NCBI GenBank assembly: GCA_907165135.1
Contig: OU015567.1
Span: forward strand, 9,238,001 to 9,302,000
DNA length: 64,000 nucleotides
Source: Oikopleura dioica
Lineage: Eukaryota; Animalia; Chordata
Direction: 5' to 3'
Shown: positions 46,151 through 64,000 of the stretch, in pieces
How the letters are laid out: each line of letters begins with the position of its first letter
Position numbering within the stretch: position 1 is the first letter of the stretch
Made by a program: the position numbers and the translations under genes
Notes under the pieces: model-generated
Database searches by the model: none
What the model saw: only the letters and a program-made list of their open reading frames with translations
Told to the model about the DNA's origin: nothing

Positions 46151-48157
46151 AATTTAATTTATGTTTAGGCTTTGTTTATGCATAATATCGAAGAAAACGG
46201 TTTTTAGAAACATGCAGTTTCTGTTGTGTCTATCATGGATTTATGGCATCCCTAAGTTTTTTGACCGTTTAGGCAATTTTTGTTATATTTGCCCTGAGAT
46301 AGTTGGTTTATAGCAAAAGGGTCCAAACGGTTCTTCAAATTTTTCTCAAATGTTGGTCTTTAAGTAGTTATTTTTCCTTTAGGGCGGTCCTTTAGGAAGT
46401 CCTCCGGTAGAAAATCACCAAAACTTGCCATTAATGGCAATTATTCGCCCTGTATGGTCATCCAGAAATTTTTGTAAAAACTGGTCTTCCAGCGGTAAGT
46501 CATCCACCAGGTTGGTCCTCCGGGAGGTCCTCCGGCAGAAAATGACCAAAGCTTGCCGAAAATGTCAATTATTATTCCTGTAAGGCTATTTATTATTTTT
46601 TGTTAATATTGGTCTTCCAGCAGATAGTCTTCCACCAGGTTGGTCCTCCGGGAGGTCCTCCGGCAGAAAATGACCAAAGCTCGACAAAAGTGGCAATAAT
46701 TGTTCCTCTTAGGCTATTTATTATTTTTTTTAATATTGGTCTTCCAGCAGTTAGTTTTCCACCAGGGTGGTCCTCCGGGAAGTCCTCCGGCCAGACTCGA
46801 CCGAATTCGACCATAAGTGGCCATATAACGGCCGAGCATGGCCATTTATTCAATATAATTAGTATTGGTTTAATAATTTAATAGTTTATACGAGAAAATA
46901 ACAAATTACGCAATATTTCAGGATTGCGATGAGCAATTTTCGATCTGAAGCAATTGTGACAATCCTTGGATCATAGAGAATAATTGAGTCTAAAAAAAAT
47001 CTGAAAAAATAAGTACGCCTGGTCCCTAGGCGAGTTCATAACTTTTTCTTAGATCGCGCCGCCCACGCTTCGTAATAATGAAATCACAAATTTTTTTTCA
47101 AAATTCTTGAATCGCAGTTCAGGCTTGAGATAACTGCACTTTTAGAATTTTGAGAATGTTACGTTTTCGACATTTTGTCAAAACCGAAAATTTATATTTT
47201 TCCGTCCCAATATGAAGCAGCAGTTGCATCTCTCGGAGAGAACCCTCGACAATTGTCGACATTCGCCCGAAATCCTGTTCAGGTATCTCATTAAAAGCTT
47301 TATCTGTTGATGTCAGGCGAAATAATTTTAATGTTGTTCGAGTCTGAGCAGATGAGCCCTTCGTCGTAAAATCAAACGCTTCTTCAAGTGCCTTGTTTCA
47401 AGAAGAAAACGCTGTACGCCGTACGTCTTTGTTCCAGCAGATAGTAACAATGGAAAATATTGAAACGTGGGCGATTCTATTGGCAATTAGCAGTCACGCT
47501 ACTCTGAGTTTACCGTAGCGTTTCGAAATTTTCGTAATTAATTTTTAGATATCAAGGAAGACTCACCTGCAATAAATATGACTCACAATGTTTTGAATTT
47601 GATATAACTTCATTTACAATTTATTCGTTTTATATATATATATATTTTTAATATTGAACAAAAGTTTTGGTTGAGCTTTTACTTCTTTTAAGATTGGATA
47701 AGATTGAGGACCTCAATCTATGATTTTGAGGTAGAATTTTTGTCCTCTTATTTTTGACTTAGAAATTGGAATTTTTCTTATTGTGACAAGAAGTTACAGT
47801 AATTGAACTTGCTTAACAGTCGTTGGCGTCACAGTTTTCTAGCAAATTTTTAATAGGAAGTTAATGAACTTGAGATAGGAGTCCGGCTATGTACGGTGAT
47901 AAGGCAGGACGCGTACGTAATTTTATTTTACTACCGCGTCAATAATTAAATTTATATTAAGAGTAAAAAGCTAGGCTTTGGTCGGCAACAAGACGGCAGT
48001 GTTTTTGACTTGGACGTTGTCAAAGAGGCCGCCGTTGTTGGTGCTCGTCTCGTCGCGCTCGTCGAACGCGTCCAGGCCGCTCTTGAACGGAGAGGCTGAG
48101 AAGCGATGGACCGAGTTGAAAGAACTACTACTGAAACGACAGGTTCAACGACTGTTG

Positions 48158-55281
<7,124 letters not shown>

Positions 55282-57992
55282 ATTTCGATAGATGGAGCAA
55301 GATACGGCCACTTATTCACTCAACATATCTGAAAGAAAAGGTTAGGGCGGCGCAAAACAATGGTTTTATTCATTCACCCGGGGAGCAATCCAAATTAATA
55401 AGAGTTATAAAAAAGTAGTTACGGCCTATAAATTATAAAAGTTAAAGGCTTTCAGGGCGACTTGTCAGTGTTTGACGGGTCACTTAGAGGAAAAAAGTAG
55501 CTGCACATTAAAATTTTACTCGCCCGAGGGTGAATTAAGCCCCAAGGGAGGCACTGTCAATGTGCAACCACCAAGATTGATAAGAGCACATGAGCATATC
55601 CGTGGTCTATCCCTGGCTCGGGCCAAAAACAATGTCTCTATCGGCTACAAAAGATGCTCTTGTGCTCTGTCTTCTCAAAATTATTGAATATTTTTCACAA
55701 AATGATAGGTCTTTTGGTCTCTCTGATAGAAAAATGTTGACTGCTTCTACCTAAAAAATTATATGCGGCTAAGAATTTCTCGTCTACTCCTACCGCTTGA
55801 AAGTAAAAGGTCTCTTTCGTCGTAAAAGATGTTTTGCTGCTGTTCTCTTTTTTAACGTAATAAATAGTACTACGGAGCCATTGCCTTTTTTATGAAATCA
55901 ACTGGAGAATTCTAATTTCGCGCTCATTCAATGATGAAGCCCTCATTTATAATTCACTTCGAAAAGCTTTTCTAATAAAGACCTTTTTATTTTGACCGAG
56001 TTCTAAGCAAATTTGAAGGCGGTGAAATATTAATTGACGTCGTTTAGATAAAAACCTTGTATTTTCGCCGATTTTCGCCCATTTGTACTGGTAATTTTTG
56101 ACTATCTCTTTGTTGAAAAAAATCTATTCTCCGTGCTCACAGAAGGTATCAAAATAAGTCTTAGTATTTTCTTTGTGTTCGTTAATATCTGTTAAAATGA
56201 GAGATGCAACACACAATCTACAGAAAACTGCGTGATGGGATTTAACTGCATCATCTTGCCGGAGGCTTGTGAGGCCATGCGCGGCCATGACTCGCGCGCG
56301 CCCTCAGTAAAAAGGAGGAAAATAGTAGCCAAGTATTTTTGCATAATTTTCCATACAGAACCTACAGGTTCAAAAGGATCAACAATTTTCACTCGCAATG
56401 TGGTTTCAAATCTGAAGTAAAAGTACCATTATTACGATGATTAAATTGAAGGGATTAGATCTACCGGCAAGGAGGCACATTCTCATCCTTCAGAATGTCA
56501 GCTAATGTCAGGTCATGTCGCCACTAATTGGCCACTGAAAGGGACGGTACTTATCCGCTTTACTGCGGGACGACGCATCAGCGAATTTCAGGCAAATGAG
56601 GGGATCAGCGTCTACTTAGGGGCCCAGATTTTCGCCGGGCCTCGTACCCGCCACTCAGCCATTTCACCGCGATTCCCGGCCGTCACCACCAAAGTAGCTT
56701 TCTGGACGGGCAGCGACGTAAGCGTGCCCGGAGCCGATTAGTAAGCCGGATTAGAGCGTTATATGCACACAAATGCTCTATTATTCCGCATTTACATCAT
56801 TGTCGCAAAATGCACTCTTATGCTTGACTTTGACTTTAAATTTTTAAAAAGCAATTATGATCGAAAAGACCGTCTCCAAGAAGCAACAAAAAGTTAATCC
56901 TTGCTTGACTGGACTACGCCATATTAACCTGTTTCGTAGGGTTTGTCGAACGCGTCAATCATATACGCCACAGTCGGGATATAGATGACAAGGCGAATTC
57001 TCAATGAAGTGGGACAGATTCTCTAATAATTGCTGGTTTTATTGTCCGAGAGTCTCAGAAAGCGTGGGGGCCGCTGGCCAGCCCTGCTGCTCAGTCCGTC
57101 GAGACCTAGTGGATATTTGGATATGGAGAATTATGCGCCGGTTTCAAATTGGAATTGATTTTGATCTCAGGTATCGATGTGCTCCCCTCGGGCTCCGTCA
57201 GAGCTGGCCTCAGAGGATAAAAATGAACGTTTCTACAACTGGCGCTTATAAAATTGAGGACTTTCTAGAGGACTTGCTAGTTTATAACCTGATTGAATCG
57301 AAACTCTTTTGAACTGCTCATTCTTCATAAATAATCTCTTCTATGTCTTCTCGATTTCGAGGGTACCAAATAATTAGGTCCTATTATCTCTTTTGCGCCC
57401 AATGATTAGGGCCTAATCAGGTGCGTCAGAATCGACGAGGACGTAGACGTTTCTGTTTGTACTGAGCTGGGACACACGCCTGGGGCAGCACGCGATCCCA
57501 TAAATTGAAAAGCTGAAACAAACCGCCCTCTTGGGTGAATGGAACGAGCCGCCATCGATAGAGAAGTTGTTAATTTCCGTAATGAAACCCCAAATTCCAA
57601 AATAGAGAGCACCGAGCTCTATAAAATATTTGCGTCGTCAAACGTCAAATGCACGGATGGACTAGAGAATTCAAAAATCTGTACCCGATGAATAATTTAA
57701 ATCTTTAAAAAAGCGCGTCCCTCTAAACAAAAATAGCGCATGACATTGCTTGCTAATGAAAATCGGCTCACCTGGTGATCAAGGCCAAATTGAACTAACC
57801 AACTTAGTTGATAACAATTAAACTAATGATCTGCGTTCTAGAAACAATATTATGTAATTGTAAAACTACTATGTCGACCTTAAATTTTCATTGATATTTG
57901 AAGTGAAAAATGCTGCTACAAAGATTATTTCATCCAATTATGCCCTTGGGCAAATTCTAGCTTACATTTTGAAACAGTCCAAAAAGCAAAAG

Positions 57993-59167
57993 ATGTTGTT
58001 TCTTCTCAGAAATTTGAGGCATTTGAAAATATTACTGTTTTTAGTTATATTTTCATTTTGTTATTGCATATATTTTTATCGAGAAAGCTTAGAAGATGAA
58101 AGCAAGAAGAAGCCACAAAGGATCTCAAAGTATGAAATTTACAATGAAGCTAGTGGACATTTGGATAAAAGAAGAACCTACAAAATATACAAAAATCGGC
58201 AAGAGATTGAATCAAGGGGCAACTTTTTCATTGCTACGATCCTAGACAGTAGCAAAACTCATTATCTACGGGTTCTCCGAGAGTCCCTGGACCAAATTAT
58301 CACGATTTCTGCCGCTATTCTCGTCAATGACTTGACCGAAATGCAATCAATCGAAGAGGAATTCTCCCAATCGAACGTTCGAGTTAGTTTTTTAACACAA
58401 CAAGAACCGGTTCAATCAGAAGATTCTTGGTTTCCAAATAATTTGCTACGAAATGTAGCGCGTAATTTGACAACAAGTTGCGCACATTTCCTTCTGATCG
58501 ATGTTGATCTGTCGATTTCGCCGGGTTTTGAGGGACGATTAGGCAGGGGCTAAGCTTGTCATCTCGGAACATTACCATTACAGTAAGTCTAGCCCGCAGA
58601 AAACTTCTTGGAAAGTAAAAGCTCTTCAATCGATGAAAAAGAGCTCTTTTTAATTCCAGTATTTGAAAAAGAATCGAAAGAAGAATCTGCCCAGAACTTT
58701 CCGCAACTAGAAGAATTTTATCGAAATGGAAATGTTAGAATGTTCCATGCCTGGTGCACAGAATGGTGCTATTCATTTTATAACTATGAAAAATGGTTCG
58801 AAGAGACATCAAAGAACTCAGAAATCGCCAGGGTCGGCTACGAAATCAAATACAAGCTGAGCTTCGAACCTTATTACATCGGCCGGACTAATTCTACTCC
58901 ATTTTACGACACGCGCTTTCAAGGTATAAATCCCTCTCCTCTCAATATGCGAATATTTTAGGATACGGATACAACAAGGTGATCCAGTGCTACGAAGCAG
59001 CCCTCCAGAATTACTCCTTCAAAGTGCTGACCTCTGTCTGGCTGACGCACGACGGAATTAAAAACGAGACAACCGGCTCTGGCGCTGATCAACAAGCCTT
59101 CAACCAAAAACTTTTCAATCTTGCCAAGAAAGAACTGAAGAGTAAATATGCCCTGTTAAAACTGTAA
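57993..59167 (+). CDS. GT49 glycosyltransferase (B4GAT1 / LARGE C-terminal-domain-like glucuronyltransferase)
   Basis: Type II TM, FPNNLLRNVAR, FLLIDVD DXD motif, FEPYYIG, FYDTRFQG|YGYNK. Confidence 0.82.
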
Positions 59168-59458
59168 TAAACACACTGGTTCTGATACATTGACGGGTTT
59201 TATTCGAGAATGAAACCTGAGCAAATGCTGGCAAAGAAAAATTGATTCTAAATTGAAAGGGCAGTCTTGAGCAGATCTAGAATATTTTCTAATTTTTGGT
59301 GGAGAATGGAGATAAATGGTAGGTGTTCGGCAACGATGGTCGAACTTCTAAGTGTGTGTTGAAGACTAAGGTAATGGCTTTTTGAGGATGAGAACTGTTT
59401 CAAATTAAATCGCTGATGATACATGGTATAGAACGAATTCAATCCTTTCCTAATATTT

Positions 59459-62480
<3,022 letters not shown>

Positions 62481-63090
62481 TGTTCTTCCTTATCTATTTC
62501 TCGTTATCACTGCAATCGGAATTAAGGGAAATCAGTTTTCGAGTCGAAAACAATCGGATTCGAGCCGTGGACTTGCTCGTCGGACTTCGAGCAGCAGAAG
62601 GCGTCGAGAATTGCTCCAGGGCAACCAATCCAAGAGCGTGAGCGCGTGTAGGCGCAGCGCACTTTTTTGCGCTCAAGGAACGATCCAAAATCGAAATCGC
62701 GGAAAATCGCGAGAAATGGAGAAAATTGAAAAATGCACTCGATGAGTGTAAAATTGAAATAAATGTCCAACTCAATTGAGTTTCTTTAGAGAAGAAAGAA
62801 TATTTAAAATACGATAAAATCAAGGACTATTGAAAAAACTTTGAAGAATCTCTTAACACATTTACCGTCAATATGTATCAGTTTTATTCAATATTATCCA
62901 TGTGTGCATAAATCTGAGTTTATCATACTTTCGTGAAATTACGCCAAGTCTGAGGAGTCTTCAGAAAGTCCATGAACCCCCAAAAATAGATTTGAACCTA
63001 CCTACTGATCAAATATTTGCTCTACCTTCTCGTTGACCGCTCTGTCTCCTTTTATCTCCCACAAATTATCCCATCTTTTCTACGACTATC

Positions 63091-63447
63091 ATGAAACTTC
63101 TTCCCTTTTTCGCTGGTCTTTTGAACTTGTCCGAAGCAGCTACAGTTGCTCCTTGGCCAGCTCGACCTGATCGACCAGAGCTTCCAGTGTAAGTCGAAGA
63201 GTTAATTCATTATCAGAGAAATAAATCCTCGTTTAGTAATTGTCCGAGAAATGTGCAGGTTGAAATCTGCTACACGATGTGCCAGAGTCTCATTTGCTGG
63301 GAATATCCTTTGGTTCACTACCGCCGTCGACGAGCTATCGACGAGAAGATGATGCAGCTCACTGACGAGCAAGTTTCGTGCTTCAGCTCGAATAGTGTTC
63401 CCTACTGTAATGCCAAACATGGACTTTCTTTTGACCCCCTTGCTTAG
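63091..63447 (+). CDS. Small secreted Cys-rich prepropeptide (about 102 aa)
   Basis: Signal-like MKLLPFFAGLLNLSEA; 48-nt GT-AG intron 63189-63236 joins the frame; six Cys; RRRR site. Confidence 0.6.
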
Positions 63448-63617
63448 AATGTTGAATAAATATTCTGTTCCTCCCTTTTATAAAATGAATCAGCAGCAAT
63501 GTGACCTGGTCGACCACAGTTATAGCAAACAATATTAGACAAAATGAATCCATCTGAAATGAATCCTGAATCCATTTTCTATAAAATGTTTTATAGAAGG
63601 AAGCACAAGAATTGAAA

Positions 63618-64000
63618 ATGGGAATTCTTGAAAAAATCGCCGATATCGAGGCCGAAATGGCCCGAACGCAGAAAAACAAGGCCACCGAGTATCACTTGGG
63701 TCTGCTCAAGGGAAAACTTGCCAGGTTGCGAGCAGAATTGATGGAGAATCAGACGAAATCATCCGGTGGAAAGGGTGAAGGTTTCGATGTCATGAAGTCG
63801 GGTGACGCGAGAGTTGCCCTCATCGGTTTTCCATCTGGTAAAGTCATGTCTTTCTCTGCTTTATATCCATTTGAATTCAGTCGGAAAGTCGACTCTCTTG
63901 TCTCTCATCACCAAGACTACCTCTGAAGCCGGAGCGTATGAATTCACAACGTTGACTTGCATTCCCGGAGTCATCGAATACAAAGGCGCGAATATCCAAC
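63618..64000 (+). CDS. DRG2: Developmentally regulated GTP-binding protein 2 (5' part)
   Basis: [63 protein letters not shown]. Confidence 0.93.

Larger units (their letters stand above)
38335..47208. mobile_element. 8.9-kb foldback-type DNA element with about 1.8-kb TIRs, 3-bp TSD, superfamily unassigned
   Basis: GGGACGGAAAAATATAAATTTTCGG at 38335 is the inverse of the end at 47208; AAT at 38332-38334 and 47209-47211. Right arm about 45393-47208 mirrors the left arm once nested insertions are removed. Confidence 0.9.
37353..47291 (-). pseudogene. Two-TM membrane protein with C-terminal PPxY motifs; first exon split by the 8.9-kb element in this allele
   Basis: Removing 38335-47208 and one AAT restores MRYLNRISGECRQLSRVLSERCNCCFILLLLAGLVM|LGLYSSHT. 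Later exons give a second TM (IFLPVLVIFLVMSVFICC) and PPDY, PPQY, LPGY, PPKY. Confidence 0.65.

Noticed and set aside
38662-46881. Duplicated ORFs MNKWPCSAVIWPL... and MLILVFQQIVF...
   Set aside because: They are the same TIR sequence read in both arms, with no coding hallmarks.
38335-47208. Maverick/Polinton or virus-derived element
   Set aside because: No polymerase B, integrase, ATPase or capsid ORF; the TSD is 3 bp rather than 6 and the termini are not AG-type.
55400-57800. ncRNA or hidden gene between PMCA and the glycosyltransferase
   Set aside because: Short ORFs without motifs and GC-rich patches compatible with promoter or 5' UTR exons; nothing specific to support.

Overview
Compact, intron-containing animal DNA. 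The 40-60 nt introns, a GA-AG intron, operon-like gene packing and Ty3/Gypsy (Tor-like) LTR elements suggest the appendicularian Oikopleura; this is inferred, not proven. About 21 host genes or gene fragments are present: a UST/HS2ST-like sulfotransferase, an SLC26 transporter, Spindly, LRRCC1, a CIP2A-like ARM protein, MED6, Fuzzy, PPP1R21-like, nicalin, ferredoxin, NDUFA5, a serpin, GDP-fucose synthase, PMCA, a GT49 glycosyltransferase, DDX5/17, DRG2 and several unknowns. Eleven minus-strand genes (about 5.4-30.4 kb) form a probable trans-spliced operon. Mobile DNA is abundant and nested, with recoverable TIRs and TSDs. The most interesting locus is an 8.9-kb foldback element (38335-47208) that splits a coding exon and has arms built from GAA mini-hairpin repeats. 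It hosts a gag-protease-only LTR element and a 540-bp miniature LTR retrotransposon (43646-44185). Each identical LTR of the latter contains a 72-nt tRNA-like Pol III cassette, and its primer-binding site partly matches the 3' end of that same RNA. Other highlights are an integrase-core-deleted LTR element with identical LTRs inside an SLC26 exon, a stop-containing micro-exon in the conserved DDX5/DBP2 intron, and vertebrate-like a/b alternative C-terminal exons in PMCA. Exon boundaries were read by eye and gene ends are approximate where stated.
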